DNA of 64,000 bases, from NCBI GenBank assembly GCA_038747425.1, contig JBCDJV010000004.1:35692-99691 (forward strand), in the 5' to 3' direction. A program made the position numbers and the translations under genes. The DNA comes from Bacteroidota bacterium. GTDB lineage: Bacteria; Bacteroidota; Rhodothermia; Rhodothermales; JBCDJV01. This document shows, one piece after another, positions 38,413 through 49,002 of the stretch (positions are counted from its first letter, which is position 1; each line of letters opens with the position of its first letter). The notes beneath the pieces were generated by a model, which was given only the letters and a program-made list of their open reading frames with translations, was not told the DNA's origin and made no database searches.

Positions 38413-39942
38413 ATGGCCGCCCTCCGTCGACGTTTAGCCGTGTATGCCGTGCTGGTGCTGGCCGGACTCCTGGGTCCGTCGGCGCAAGGTCAGCCGGTGG
38501 GCCCTTTGGGGGCTGATCTGGATCGGTTGTTGGAGAACCCAGCGCATGGAAATGCCTTCTGGGGAGCGATTGTGACCGATCTAGCGTCCGGCGAGGTGCT
38601 GTACCAGCGTCATGCGCAGAAAAGCTTCTTGCCAGCCTCCAACGGCAAGCTGTACACCGCCGCCGCAGTCCTGGATCGGCTCGGTCCCGCTTATCGCCTG
38701 GAAACCCGCCTGTACGCCCAGGGCGTCGTCCGAGACGGCGTGCTGGAGGGCCCTCTCGTGGTCCAGGGCCGCGGGGATCCGTCGTTCGGGAGCCGCTACG
38801 ACCCGCTCACAGGCGATCTGCAGGACGATCCCGACGTGACGGCGCCGTTTCGGGCCTGGGCCGATTCCTTGCGGGCCCAAGGCATCACCACCATCCAGGG
38901 AGACATCATCGGAGACGACGATGTGCATGTGGACCAGCCCCTGGGTGTCGGGTGGAGTTGGGACGATGAGCCGTACAGCTACTCGGCCGAGATGGGCGGC
39001 CTGGTCTTCGCCGACAATGGGGTAGCCGTTACCGTGCAAGGCCGCACCCCTGGCGCTCCGGCCACGGTCTCTTGGACCCCGGCCACCACCTACCTGGAGG
39101 TGGTGAACCAGACGCGCACCGTGGATGCCGGGGCGCGCATGCGGGACCGCTACGCGCGCGCACGGGCGCAGAACGTGCTCTATGTAAGCGGCGAGGTGCC
39201 CGCAGGTGGCGAAGACACCACCGTGCTAACGGTCTCCAACCCAACCCGGTATTTTGCCCACGTGCTGCGGGAGACGTTGCTGGAGGCAGGGATTGTGGTG
39301 GTGGGCCGGGCCGTGGATGTGGATGACCTTTCGATCCGTCCCGATTACGAAGCTCCGAGCATGCAGCGGGTGGCCACCTACACGTCGCCACCGCTGGCAG
39401 ACCTCGTGCGGGTGGTCAACAAAGACAGCCAGAATCTGTATGCCGATCAGCTGCTGCGCATCCTGGGGGCCGCGCTCCCCATCAACGACGATGACCTTGA
39501 GCCAGGCTCCACGGCCATGGGCGTGGAGGCGGCCATGACCACGTTTGCTCGGGCGATGGCGGACACGAGCCGTCTTCGGCTCGTCGATGGCTCGGGCCTC
39601 TCGCGCATGAACCTCGTAACCCCGGCGATGACGATGGCCGTGCTCCGCTACATGGGCAGCCACCCAGATGCGCGCACGCAGACGGCATTCATGGACAGCC
39701 TCCCGGTAGGCGGGGTGGATGGCACGCTGGAGCGGCGGTTCCGCCAAGGACCGGGCTACCAGAACGTCCGGGCCAAGACCGGCACGCTGACCGGGGTCAG
39801 CAGCCTGAGCGGCTACGTACAGACCGAAGGAGGGCGGACCCTCGCCTTCGTGCTCATGGCCAACAACTACACAGTACGCGCCTCGTCCATCCGTCGGGTC
39901 CAGGACGCCATCGTAGAGCGGTTGGCTCGGCTTTCGCCCTGA
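38413..39942 (+). CDS. dacB: D-alanyl-D-alanine carboxypeptidase/endopeptidase (PBP4, peptidase S13)
   Basis: It has the SxxK motif PASNGKLYT, a KTG motif (RAKTGTL) and a signal peptide. Confidence 0.85.
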   Translation: MAALRRRLAVYAVLVLAGLLGPSAQGQPVGPLGADLDRLLENPAHGNAFWGAIVTDLASGEVLYQRHAQKSFLPASNGKLYTAAAVLDRLGPAYRLETRLYAQGVVRDGVLEGPLVVQGRGDPSFGSRYDPLTGDLQDDPDVTAPFRAWADSLRAQGITTIQGDIIGDDDVHVDQPLGVGWSWDDEPYSYSAEMGGLVFADNGVAVTVQGRTPGAPATVSWTPATTYLEVVNQTRTVDAGARMRDRYARARAQNVLYVSGEVPAGGEDTTVLTVSNPTRYFAHVLRETLLEAGIVVVGRAVDVDDLSIRPDYEAPSMQRVATYTSPPLADLVRVVNKDSQNLYADQLLRILGAALPINDDDLEPGSTAMGVEAAMTTFARAMADTSRLRLVDGSGLSRMNLVTPAMTMAVLRYMGSHPDARTQTAFMDSLPVGGVDGTLERRFRQGPGYQNVRAKTGTLTGVSSLSGYVQTEGGRTLAFVLMANNYTVRASSIRRVQDAIVERLARLSP

Positions 39943-40027
39943 GTCCAGCCGGGTGCGAGGGATCGAATGCTGTGTTGAACGGTTGGTACTATCTCACTGC
40001 CTTTTATCGACTTCACAGTCTTTCTGT

Positions 40028-40621
40028 ATGCTGTATACGCCGGCCGGCCATGCCTTCGGCACCCCCACTCCGCAGGTTCCTCTCCACGGTACCACCGTCC
40101 TGGGCGTACGCTACAACGGCTCTGTGGCGCTGGGGTCGGATGGGCAGGCCACCCTGGGCAATACCGTCATGAAACACCGAGCGCAGAAGGTCCGCCCCCT
40201 CTACGAAGGCCGGGTGCTGGCCGGCTTTGCAGGGGCTACGGCCGATGCGTTCACCCTCTTCGAGCGCTTTGAGGAGAAGCTGCAGCAGTACGGGGGCAAC
40301 CTGACCCGGTCGGCGGTGGAGCTGGCCAAAGACTGGCGCACGGATCGGTTTCTGCGGAGGCTAGAGGCCATGCTGGCCGTGGCCTCCGAAGAGCGCTTGC
40401 TCCTGATCAGCGGCAACGGAGATGTTATCGAACCCGACGACGACATCCTGGCCATCGGCTCCGGGGGCCCGTTCGCGCTAGCGGCCACCCGCGCCCTCGT
40501 GAAGCACGGCTCCGACCTGACCGCCAAAGCGATTGTTGAAGAAGGACTATCGATTGCGGCGGACATTTGCATTTACACCAACCATCACACTACTATTCTA
40601 GAACTTACATCACCCACCTGA
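40028..40621 (+). CDS. hslV: ATP-dependent protease subunit HslV with a 21-aa N-terminal extension
   Basis: [28 protein letters not shown] aligns with the mature HslV N-terminus. There is no in-frame ATG/GTG/TTG between ATG 40028 and the Thr-Thr codons. Confidence 0.9.
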   Translation: MLYTPAGHAFGTPTPQVPLHGTTVLGVRYNGSVALGSDGQATLGNTVMKHRAQKVRPLYEGRVLAGFAGATADAFTLFERFEEKLQQYGGNLTRSAVELAKDWRTDRFLRRLEAMLAVASEERLLLISGNGDVIEPDDDILAIGSGGPFALAATRALVKHGSDLTAKAIVEEGLSIAADICIYTNHHTTILELTSPT

Positions 40622-40858
40622 CCTGCCTCAGAGGGCAGTCTACAGGAGGCCTAGCGCCCTCCGGCGACAGCGTACCGCGCCGGATTCAGGGCCCCCGCGT
40701 GGCCTCGGTCCTGTCGTCTTCCTCGGTGCGGTCAACCCCCCGTAGCCATCACCCGCTTGTGCGCCGCCCTCCCTCGGCGGTGGTGCCGCACTCGATGAGG
40801 CTTCGGCGGCTCCTGAATACAATGCACGACCCTACACACCATTGATCGTCTCTTCTAC

Positions 40859-41824
40859 ATGCGGTATGACCACCATAAAGCCCGGCGCCCCCAACGCCGC
40901 GCTGCCATCTTTGTTGACTTCGACAATCTAACCCAAGCCCTCCAGACGCAGGCCAACAAGAAGATCCAGGCATTGCCGTATCTGGATGCCATCCTGACGG
41001 AATTGCGGCAGTACCTGCGCAGTGCCGACCAAACGCGCACGACACTCATCAACGCCTATGCGGACTTTGGCCACTACAACGGCCAAGTCATCCAGGAGTT
41101 GAGTGCGCAAGGCGTTCAGCCGTGCTTCGTCTCCTCGGTGGGACAGCCCAATGCGTCCGAGGTACAAATCTGCCTGGATGCCGCCGAAGTGCTGCACACC
41201 CGCCCCGACATCCGCGTGGTGGTGCTCGTCACCGGCGATCGGCCCTACCTGCCCCTCGTGCGGCAGCTCAAGCGCCAGGGCTGTCACCCGCTGGTGGTCA
41301 CCATGGACCGCTCCATCGGCGACGGCATGGCGTCCGACGAAGACGTGTTCCTGGATGCCTACAACCTGCTGACCGACACGCTCCGCCGCGATTTCAGCCG
41401 GGGCGACGAAGAGCGCTACGCGTCGGCCGGCCCGCCAGAGGTGACTGAACCCGTCGACGATCCGCTGGCGGTGAGCACCCTGGAGGTCATCTACGAGCAC
41501 TTCGGGCAGTACGAGGAGATCTACCTCACCCCGCTGCTGCGCCGCCTCTCCGACGAGTTCGGCGATGACTACGATCCCAAGGCCATCATCCAGCAGCTGG
41601 AGGAGGCCGGAGCCGTCTACCTGGAGAAACGCCGGGGCACGCCCCATGACTACACGGTCCTCATTCTGAACGAGCGCCATCCGGAGGTCTCAGCCATCCG
41701 CGAAAGCTTCTACGATGGGTCTTATGACGAAGAGGAGGCACGCCCTATGGACCCGGAGGACCTGTCGTTCGAAGGGGATGACTATGACGACGAGCCCTAC
41801 GACGACCTCGACGCCACCCCCTGA
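40859..41824 (+). CDS. NYN (PIN-like nuclease fold) domain protein with a C-terminal helical domain and an acidic tail
   Basis: It has AIFVDFDNL and VVLVTGDRPYLPLVRQLKRQG NYN/LabA-type motifs, and the C-terminus is rich in D/E/Y. Confidence 0.72.
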   Translation: MRYDHHKARRPQRRAAIFVDFDNLTQALQTQANKKIQALPYLDAILTELRQYLRSADQTRTTLINAYADFGHYNGQVIQELSAQGVQPCFVSSVGQPNASEVQICLDAAEVLHTRPDIRVVVLVTGDRPYLPLVRQLKRQGCHPLVVTMDRSIGDGMASDEDVFLDAYNLLTDTLRRDFSRGDEERYASAGPPEVTEPVDDPLAVSTLEVIYEHFGQYEEIYLTPLLRRLSDEFGDDYDPKAIIQQLEEAGAVYLEKRRGTPHDYTVLILNERHPEVSAIRESFYDGSYDEEEARPMDPEDLSFEGDDYDDEPYDDLDATP

Positions 41825-41933
41825 TCTTTGCGATATCATGGGGGCCGGGAACGGACCGGTCGGGTTCGCCGTGCTGAGTGGGGTGTGCACACGCACGCCG
41901 CACACGGCATGTCGTTAAGGGAGAATCGTCTAC

Positions 41934-43328
41934 ATGAGTCATGAACTGACGCCTCGGCAGATCGTCGCCGAGTTGGACAAGTACATCATCGGGCAGCGCG
42001 AGGCCAAGAAGAACGTGGCCATCGCCCTCCGCAACCGCTGGCGCCGTCAGAACGCGCCGGAGGACATGCGGCATGAGATCATGCCCAACAACATCATCAT
42101 GATCGGCCCCACGGGGGTCGGCAAGACCGAGATTGCTCGTCGGCTGGCGCGGCTCGCTCAGGCGCCGTTCATCAAAGTGGAGGCCACCAAGTTTACCGAG
42201 GTCGGCTACGTGGGGCGGGACGTGGACAGCATGATCCGCGACCTCACGGACATCTCGATCAACATGGTGCGGGAAGAGCACACCGAGGGCGTCCAGGAGC
42301 GGGCCCGCCAACACGCCGAAGATCGCATCCTGGACATTCTCATCCCCCCGGCCCACAAGCCCGCCAAGAAAGAGGTCATCAACGGCCCGGGCTTTGTCAT
42401 GGCCACCAGCGAGGAGCCCGATGGCGAGGCCGACCTGCGCGACCGCACCCGCCAGAAGTTTCGCGAGAAGCTCTCCCGCGGTGAGCTGGACGAGCGCGAG
42501 GTGGAGATCGACGTGACCTCGGACCAGACCCCCATGCTGCAGGTCTTCAGCCCGATGGGCATGGAGGAAATGGGCGTCAACCTCCAGGACCTCTTCGGCA
42601 ACCTGGGCGGCAACAAAAAGCGCAAGAAGCGCCGCGTCCCGATCAAAGAGGCCCGCGAGCTTCTGACCCGCGAGGAAGCTCAGAAGCTGATCGACATGGA
42701 CAAGGTGACCCAGGAGGCCCTGGAGCGCGTCCAGCAATCGGGCATCGTGTTCATCGACGAGATCGACAAGGTGGCCGCCCGTGGGCAAGGCAAAGGCAGT
42801 CCGGACGTCTCCCGCGAGGGCGTTCAACGGGATCTGCTGCCCATCGTGGAGGGATCCAACGTGACCACGAAGTACGGGATGGTCAAGACGGATCACATCC
42901 TCTTCGTAGCCAGCGGGGCCTTCCACGTGTCCAAGCCCAGCGACCTCATTCCGGAGCTCCAGGGGCGTTTCCCCATCCGTGTGGAGCTCCAGAGCCTGAA
43001 CGAGAACGACTTCTACGACATCCTCACCAAGCCCAAGAACGCGCTGCTGAAGCAGTACCAGGCGCTCATGGCCTCGGAAGGGGTGGAGATCGAATTCACG
43101 GACCCGGCTGTTCGCGCCATCGCCCGCGTAGCGGCCGAGGTAAACAGCTCGGTCGAGAACATCGGGGCACGGCGGCTGCACACGATCCTGACCACGCTGC
43201 TGGAAGACCTGCTGTTCGACGTGCCGGATCGCATTGAGGACACGCAGGTGACGATCGAGGAGAAGCAGGTGCGGGAGACCCTGGAGGCCGTTGCCCAAAA
43301 CCGGGATCTCAGCCAATACATCCTGTAG
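41934..43328 (+). CDS. hslU: ATP-dependent protease ATPase subunit HslU
   Basis: It has [15 protein letters not shown], an I-domain insert and FIDEIDK. Confidence 0.95.
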   Translation: MSHELTPRQIVAELDKYIIGQREAKKNVAIALRNRWRRQNAPEDMRHEIMPNNIIMIGPTGVGKTEIARRLARLAQAPFIKVEATKFTEVGYVGRDVDSMIRDLTDISINMVREEHTEGVQERARQHAEDRILDILIPPAHKPAKKEVINGPGFVMATSEEPDGEADLRDRTRQKFREKLSRGELDEREVEIDVTSDQTPMLQVFSPMGMEEMGVNLQDLFGNLGGNKKRKKRRVPIKEARELLTREEAQKLIDMDKVTQEALERVQQSGIVFIDEIDKVAARGQGKGSPDVSREGVQRDLLPIVEGSNVTTKYGMVKTDHILFVASGAFHVSKPSDLIPELQGRFPIRVELQSLNENDFYDILTKPKNALLKQYQALMASEGVEIEFTDPAVRAIARVAAEVNSSVENIGARRLHTILTTLLEDLLFDVPDRIEDTQVTIEEKQVRETLEAVAQNRDLSQYIL

Positions 43329-43349
43329 CGCCGTCCTCGCGCCGCCTCC

Positions 43350-44363
43350 ATGTCAGCCGATGCTCCGTCCTGGACGGTCTGCCCGCTAGCCGCTTCCGGG
43401 CGCGCGCCCGCGCCGGCGGACCGCCACCGCTGGGACGCACTCTGGGCGTCCAGCGGGCACCGCTCGCCGTTTGCCACGCTGGCGTACGCCGAGGCGGTCC
43501 AGGCCGCCCTGGGATGGCGTTACACGGTGCTGGGCGTGGAGCCCGCGCGGGGTGCTCCGCTCGCAGCGGGCCTCGTGGCCTTTCACCGCCAGCGTGGCCC
43601 ACTGGTCCGCCTGGGCGTGCCTCCCGTGACGCCGTACACGCCGATTCTGCTCTGCGATGATCTGGATGAAGCCTCCATTCACCGCCGCCGCCACCCGTTG
43701 GAGACCCTACTGCGGGCCCTCCCAGCCGGCCACGCGGACTGCACCCTGCACCTGGCCCCTGGCCTCGACGACGCCCGGCCCCTCCAGTGGCAAGGCTGGA
43801 CGGCACAGCCCCTCTACACCGCCCGCGTGCCCTTCCGCGACGCCACCGACCCGTTGACCCAGTGGTCGGCGTCGGCGCGTCGGGTAGCGCGCAAGAACGC
43901 CCCGCGCTACGTGGTGGCCCCCGGTGCCCCCGCCGAGACGGTGGCCCTCTTGCAAGCCAGCTACCAGCGGCAGGCACGTGGCGTACCGGCGCCTCCAGGT
44001 CAGCTCCGCGCGCTGGCTACCCAGCTGACGGCCACGGGGCATGCCCAGACCTGGACGGCTCGCCCCACCCCGGCGTCTGCCCCAGAGGCCGCCGTGACGC
44101 TGCTCCGCGACGATCGGGCGGCCTACTATTGGCTGGCGGGCAGCCACCCCGGCCCGGCCATGACCGTGCTGATGGGCGCCCTGCTCCCGCGTCTGCAGGC
44201 GGACGGGCTCCACTATTTCGATTTCGTGGGAGCCAACACGCCCTCCATCGCCGAGTTCAAGCGGCGCCTTGGGGGCGAGCGGGTGGCCTACTTGCGCGCC
44301 GAACGCACCCAGCATCCGTGGCTGGCCGCGTGGAAGGCGTGGCGGACGTGGAAGCGGGGGTGA
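43350..44363 (+). CDS. GNAT/FemAB-like acetyltransferase-fold protein (family assignment tentative)
   Basis: Its C-terminal block YFDFVGANTPSIAEFKRRLGGERV resembles FemAB/CelD-like GNAT families. Confidence 0.5.
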   Translation: MSADAPSWTVCPLAASGRAPAPADRHRWDALWASSGHRSPFATLAYAEAVQAALGWRYTVLGVEPARGAPLAAGLVAFHRQRGPLVRLGVPPVTPYTPILLCDDLDEASIHRRRHPLETLLRALPAGHADCTLHLAPGLDDARPLQWQGWTAQPLYTARVPFRDATDPLTQWSASARRVARKNAPRYVVAPGAPAETVALLQASYQRQARGVPAPPGQLRALATQLTATGHAQTWTARPTPASAPEAAVTLLRDDRAAYYWLAGSHPGPAMTVLMGALLPRLQADGLHYFDFVGANTPSIAEFKRRLGGERVAYLRAERTQHPWLAAWKAWRTWKRG

Positions 44364-44544
44364 GGCCTGAGCGGGGCGGGCCCCGCCGGGGCGGAACAAG
44401 TGCAACATCCTCGTGACATCGGCAGCGGAGGGGCTGTGTGATGAGCATTGAACGATGGAGGGAGGGGAGCAGGCTAAAACATTCCGCTGAAAACGCCCGT
44501 TAGCAGGACCCTGTCTATTTTCACCCACCCTCATCGGATCGAAC

Positions 44545-45159
44545 ATGGCTCACACTCTTCCCGACCTCTCGTATGCCCAAGACGCGCTTGAGCCGCACAT
44601 CGACGCGCGCACGATGGGCATCCACCATGGCAAGCACCATCAAGGCTACGTCAACAAACTCAACGCTGCCCTGGAGGGCCACGACAGCCTGGAGAATCAC
44701 TCCGTCGAAGACCTGCTCCGCAACCTGAACGACCTGCCGGCGGCCATCCAGACGGCGGTCCGCAACAACGGCGGTGGTCATGCCAACCACTCGCTGTTCT
44801 GGGACGTGATGTCGCCCAACGGCGGCGGAGAGCCCGTGGGCGACCTCGCCACGGCCATCAACAGCACCATGAGCTCGTTTGACAGCTTCAAGCAGCAGTT
44901 CGCCGCCGCAGCGGGTTCGCGCTTTGGAAGCGGCTGGGCGTGGCTGGCGGTGGATGCAGACGGCGGCCTGGCTGTGTACAGCACCGCCAACCAGGACAGC
45001 CCCTACATGCAGGGCCACACGCCCATCTTGGGCATCGACGTGTGGGAGCATGCCTACTACCTGAACTACCAGAACCGCCGCCCCGACTACGTCAGCGCCT
45101 GGTGGAATACGGTGGATTGGGCCAAGGTCAACAACCGCTATCTGGCGGCCCGCGGCTGA
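44545..45159 (+). CDS. sodA: Fe/Mn superoxide dismutase
   Basis: It has HHGKHH and DVWEHAYYL motifs. Metal specificity is not resolved. Confidence 0.95.
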   Translation: MAHTLPDLSYAQDALEPHIDARTMGIHHGKHHQGYVNKLNAALEGHDSLENHSVEDLLRNLNDLPAAIQTAVRNNGGGHANHSLFWDVMSPNGGGEPVGDLATAINSTMSSFDSFKQQFAAAAGSRFGSGWAWLAVDADGGLAVYSTANQDSPYMQGHTPILGIDVWEHAYYLNYQNRRPDYVSAWWNTVDWAKVNNRYLAARG

Positions 45160-45188
45160 TTGCTGCGCAGTCTCGATACTGCTCGCAC

Positions 45189-45220
45189 GGGGGCCGCTCG
45201 ACACAAGCGGCCCCCGTTTG
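45189..45220 (+). terminator. rho-independent terminator after sod
   Basis: A 10-bp stem GGGGGCCGCT / AGCGGCCCCC with a 7-nt loop is followed by GTTTG. Confidence 0.7.
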
Positions 45221-45262
45221 CGTTAGAAGACGGGCACACCCCTCGGCCACGTATTCCCCTTC

Positions 45263-45913
45263 ATGGTAGACCTCGAACAGCGCCCTCGCTTGCTCACGCG
45301 TGACTACGACGCGGCTTGTGTGAACACCTGGGTGACCCACTTGTCTGACGAGGAGCGGGCTCGGTGGGACGGCTATCGCCACGCGCGGCGGCGCCAGTCG
45401 TTTTTGCTGGGCCGTGTGACCGCCCGTGCGCTCCTGGCGGACCTCCTGGACAGGCCGCCGCCTCAGGTGCCCATCCAGGTGGCCGAGGACGGAGCGCTGG
45501 AAGTGCCCGGCACGCCCTACCACCTCTCGCTGGCGCACTCTGGGCAGCGCGCCGTAGCCACTGTGGCCGTGCATCCGGTGGGCGTGGACCTGGAAGAGAT
45601 CGTGCCCCGGCGCGACGATCTTTACCGCTACATCCTGCGCCCCGACGAATACCACTTGCTCGATACGTTGGGCCTGGACCGGACGCATCTGCACATCCTC
45701 ACGTGGACGCTCAAGGAGGCCACGCTGAAAGCCCTGCGTACAGGCCTGCGCCTCTCTCCGAAGGCGCTGAAGCTGCACGTGGAGATGGACGCACAGCAGG
45801 CTCGCGTCACCACGGACAACCACGGGCATTGGCACGTCCGATTCTGGCAGGAGGGGGGCTACTACGTCTCGCTGGCCGTCCCTGAAGCGGGCGGTGGCCC
45901 CACGGTATCGTAG
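45263..45913 (+). CDS. 4'-phosphopantetheinyl transferase (Sfp type)
   Basis: It has GVDLEEI and WTLKEATLKAL motifs. Confidence 0.8.
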   Translation: MVDLEQRPRLLTRDYDAACVNTWVTHLSDEERARWDGYRHARRRQSFLLGRVTARALLADLLDRPPPQVPIQVAEDGALEVPGTPYHLSLAHSGQRAVATVAVHPVGVDLEEIVPRRDDLYRYILRPDEYHLLDTLGLDRTHLHILTWTLKEATLKALRTGLRLSPKALKLHVEMDAQQARVTTDNHGHWHVRFWQEGGYYVSLAVPEAGGGPTVS

Positions 45914-46857
45914 ACGGCGGCCTCAGGATCGAGGAGGCGTTGGACCGTGGAGCGGACCCCGCAGGCCAGGGCCTCGGTGTCGTACCCGCCCTCCAGCGCA
46001 CCGATCAGGCGCCCGCCACAGTGCCGGTCGGCCCAGCCCAGCGCCTCCGTGATGAGAGCCGCGAAGCCTGCTGTGGTGAGACGCATGCTGCCCAGCGGGT
46101 CGCGCCAGTGGGCGTCAAAGCCGGCCGAGACGAAGATCACCTCGGGTTGGAAGGCCTCCACGGCGGGGGCCACCTGGCGGCGGAGCACATCCAGGTAGAC
46201 GGCATCGCCTTGGTGGGCCGGGAGGGGGATGTTCAGCGTGGCGCCGACCCCTGGGCCTTGGCCGCGTTCCTCGGCCGTGCCGCTGAAGGGGTAGAGGGGG
46301 TGCTGGTGGAGATTGACCACCAGCACGTTTGGGTCGGCGTAGAACACATCTTGGGTACCGTTGCCGTGGTGCACGTCGTAGTCCAGCACCATCGCGCGCT
46401 CGAGGCCATGGGTCTGCTGGGCCCATCGGACGGCCAGCGCCACCGTGGAGAGCAGGCAGAAGCCCATCGGCTGTGTGGGGGTGGCATGGTGGCCGGGGGG
46501 ACGTACCGCTACGAAGCCATTGGTCGCGTCTCCGGTGAGCACGCGATCCGTCACCGCCAGCGCCCCCCCCACCGCCTCCAGGGCTACGCGGAGGCTCTCG
46601 GGGGTCATGTAGGTGTCTGGATCCAACCGCAAGGGGGCGGCCGTGGCGGCGTCCTCCAACCGCGCTACGTAGGCCTCCGTGTGCACCAGCCGCGCCACCT
46701 CCAGCGGAGCGGCTACCGGCGTGAGGTGCTGGACCTGCGTCCAGAGCGGCGCCGCTTTCAGGACGGCGGTCACCGCGTCCAGACGCGCCGGGCGCTCCAC
46801 GTGGTCAGCCGCCGCATGCGCATGATGGTGGTCAGACAGAGCGAGGCAAGTGGCCAT
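45862..46857 (-). CDS. histone deacetylase / acetoin utilization (AcuC) family deacetylase
   Basis: It has RPPGHHA and DYDVHHGNGTQ motifs. ATG 46857 was chosen. The 3' end overlaps the PPTase gene by 52 nt (convergent). Confidence 0.85.
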   Translation of the reverse strand: MATCLALSDHHHAHAAADHVERPARLDAVTAVLKAAPLWTQVQHLTPVAAPLEVARLVHTEAYVARLEDAATAAPLRLDPDTYMTPESLRVALEAVGGALAVTDRVLTGDATNGFVAVRPPGHHATPTQPMGFCLLSTVALAVRWAQQTHGLERAMVLDYDVHHGNGTQDVFYADPNVLVVNLHQHPLYPFSGTAEERGQGPGVGATLNIPLPAHQGDAVYLDVLRRQVAPAVEAFQPEVIFVSAGFDAHWRDPLGSMRLTTAGFAALITEALGWADRHCGGRLIGALEGGYDTEALACGVRSTVQRLLDPEAAVYDTVGPPPASGTASET

Positions 46858-47197
46858 GATGAACGAAGTGATCGCTGAACAGGTTGAACGAACCGGCGCC
46901 CTCGTCCATCGACCGATGAAACCCAGCGCCATGCGCAGGCAGGGTGCCCAGAAACAGAGGTTTCCCCACGGGGTTAAGGATACGCGCCACGCCGGGCACA
47001 GGCTACCCCCCGTTGCGGCGTGCACGGGCCCCTGTCAGGCTGGCAGGCGAGCCCAGGAGGCCGCACCGTGACGAGCGCTGGTGCTGGGCCGTTCTCCATG
47101 TTTTTGGTGGCCACCGTGAACAGGACCTGCCACTCCGTCGTTGTGGAGGCTTCGTGCGCTCACCGGCAAGGCTTTTGCTCATAGGGATGTCTGAACC

Positions 47198-48286
47198 ATG
47201 CCCGCCCGTTCGTCCATGCGACCTGATCCCACAAACGACCTGACCTCGCGGGAGCGCGAGATCCTCCGCTTGGTGGTGAAGAGTTTCATCCACACGGCGG
47301 GGCCCGTGGGCTCTCGGTACCTGTCCAAGCAGTCGTCGCTGGGGCTGAGCGCGGCCTCCATCCGCAACACCATGAGCGACCTGGAAGAGCAGGGGTACCT
47401 GGACCATCCGTATACGTCGGCTGGCCGCATTCCTACGGCGCTCGGCTACCGCGTCTTCGTGGACCAGCTCATGGAGTCGAGCCAGCTCACCGAGATGGAG
47501 AAGCAGCGCCTCGTGCGCGAGTTGGAACGCATGATGGGCGACACCGACCAGCTGGTGCGAGAGAGCTCCCGGCTCCTCGGGCAGCTGTCGAGCCTGATCG
47601 GCGTGGTGGTCAGCCCGCGTCTCTCGGAGGGGGTGCTGGAGCGCCTGGAAGCCGTCCCGCTGTCGTCCTCGCGCCTGATGGTGGTCATCAGCGTTCGGGG
47701 CGGCCTCGTGCGGACGCTCATCGTAGAGGTAGAGTCCACCGTGCGCCGGGACGACCTGGACCGGGTGCTCTCGCTCATCAACGAGCGGTTGGCGGGATTG
47801 ACCCTGGAGGAAATCCGCCGGACCTACGCAGACCGCATCGGCGATCTGCGCGACGATGAGACCGGTATCATCCGGCTCATCCTGAACGAGCCCGACCGTC
47901 TCTTCAGCGAACACCCACAGGCCAAGCGACTGGCGCTCAGCAGCGCCCAGCACCTGCTGGAGCAGCCTGAGTTTCAGGAGCCCGAAGCCGTGCGCGAGAT
48001 CGTCCAGTTTTTGGAGGACGAGGCCGGCGTGATTGCCGTCCTGGAGTCTCGCCTGGACCGCACCCTGATCCAATCTGGCGAGGCGGTGGTGAGCATCGGG
48101 CGCGAGCGAGGCGGCACGGTAGACTACCCCGCCGATCGCTACTCCATTGTGACCTCCGAGTACCGCCGCGGCGATACCAGTGGCACCGTGGCGGTCATCG
48201 GGCCGATGCGCATGGACTATGCCCGCGTGGTGGCCCTGGTGGAGGGGATGGCCGCCTGCCTGGATAACCCCTCGACCTCCGATTGA
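47198..48286 (+). CDS. hrcA: heat-inducible transcription repressor HrcA
   Basis: It has the winged-helix N-terminus LTSREREILRLVVKSFIHTAGPVGSR and is followed by grpE and dnaJ. Confidence 0.9.
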   Translation: MPARSSMRPDPTNDLTSREREILRLVVKSFIHTAGPVGSRYLSKQSSLGLSAASIRNTMSDLEEQGYLDHPYTSAGRIPTALGYRVFVDQLMESSQLTEMEKQRLVRELERMMGDTDQLVRESSRLLGQLSSLIGVVVSPRLSEGVLERLEAVPLSSSRLMVVISVRGGLVRTLIVEVESTVRRDDLDRVLSLINERLAGLTLEEIRRTYADRIGDLRDDETGIIRLILNEPDRLFSEHPQAKRLALSSAQHLLEQPEFQEPEAVREIVQFLEDEAGVIAVLESRLDRTLIQSGEAVVSIGRERGGTVDYPADRYSIVTSEYRRGDTSGTVAVIGPMRMDYARVVALVEGMAACLDNPSTSD

Positions 48287-48327
48287 CCGGCCCTCTGAAC
48301 CGATATCTGTTTACGCATCCATAGATC

Positions 48328-48960
48328 ATGGAAGTACCTAGCACCGATTCAATGCCAGAACCGCATTCCGAGGCTCCAGCTGAGCCCACAGCGCCCAACG
48401 TGCAGGTCGATGACCTGGAGCGTTTGGCCGACCAGTTGGAGCCGGACCAAGCCGCCGTCATCCAGGCCACGATCCGCACCCTGACCGAGCACGAGGAGGC
48501 CTTGGATCAGGCCGCCCGCGAGCAGGAGCAGCTACACGATCAGCTGCTTCGGCATACGGCCGAGTTTCGCAACTACCGGCGCCGTACCGACGAAGAGCTG
48601 AAACTCCAGCGCACCCTGGGGAAGACCGGTGTCGTGAAGCGATTCCTTGGTCTCTACGATGATTTCCGCCGCTCCGTGGAGGCGGTCGAGCAGGCCGAGG
48701 CCGAGCAGGCTGAGGCGTATCCCGTTCTCAAGGAAGGGCTCGACATGGTGTGGCAGAAGTTCACCACTGAGTTCGAGCAGCTGGGCGTGGAGGCGATCGA
48801 GGCCGTGGGACAGCCGTTCGACGAGGCGCTGCACGAGGCCCTGATGCAGCAGCCCGCCCCCGAGGGCGTAGAGCCCGGTACGATCCTCCAGGAGGTCCAG
48901 AAAGGCTACCGCCTGGGCGACCGCATCCTCCGGCACAGCCAGGTCATCGTGGCAGCCTAA
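48328..48960 (+). CDS. grpE: nucleotide exchange factor GrpE
   Basis: It has the AEFRNYRRRT motif and a C-terminal beta domain. Confidence 0.9.
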   Translation: MEVPSTDSMPEPHSEAPAEPTAPNVQVDDLERLADQLEPDQAAVIQATIRTLTEHEEALDQAAREQEQLHDQLLRHTAEFRNYRRRTDEELKLQRTLGKTGVVKRFLGLYDDFRRSVEAVEQAEAEQAEAYPVLKEGLDMVWQKFTTEFEQLGVEAIEAVGQPFDEALHEALMQQPAPEGVEPGTILQEVQKGYRLGDRILRHSQVIVAA

Positions 48961-49002
48961 GGGCCCGCCTCTATTCTTCATCAACCGATCCGCGCAAGCT
49001 GT

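Noticed and set aside
41745-43316. A 523-aa minus-strand ORF antisense to hslU.
   Set aside because: It is a shadow ORF. hslU has Walker motifs and full-length family similarity on the plus strand.
43309-44546. Two long minus-strand ORFs (43309-43977, 43707-44546) opposite the GNAT-like gene.
   Set aside because: Both are Arg/Pro/Gly-rich low-complexity translations. The plus-strand ORF has at least a weak family-like block and sensible composition. Confidence in that plus-strand gene's function remains modest.
45862-45913. Convergent gene-end overlaps (here 52 nt; also 806-852 and 50745-50787), considered as possible frameshifts or mis-assembly.
   Set aside because: Each partner gene is full length with an intact family-typical C-terminus. 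Such overlaps are common in compact GC-rich genomes and there is no evidence of disruption.
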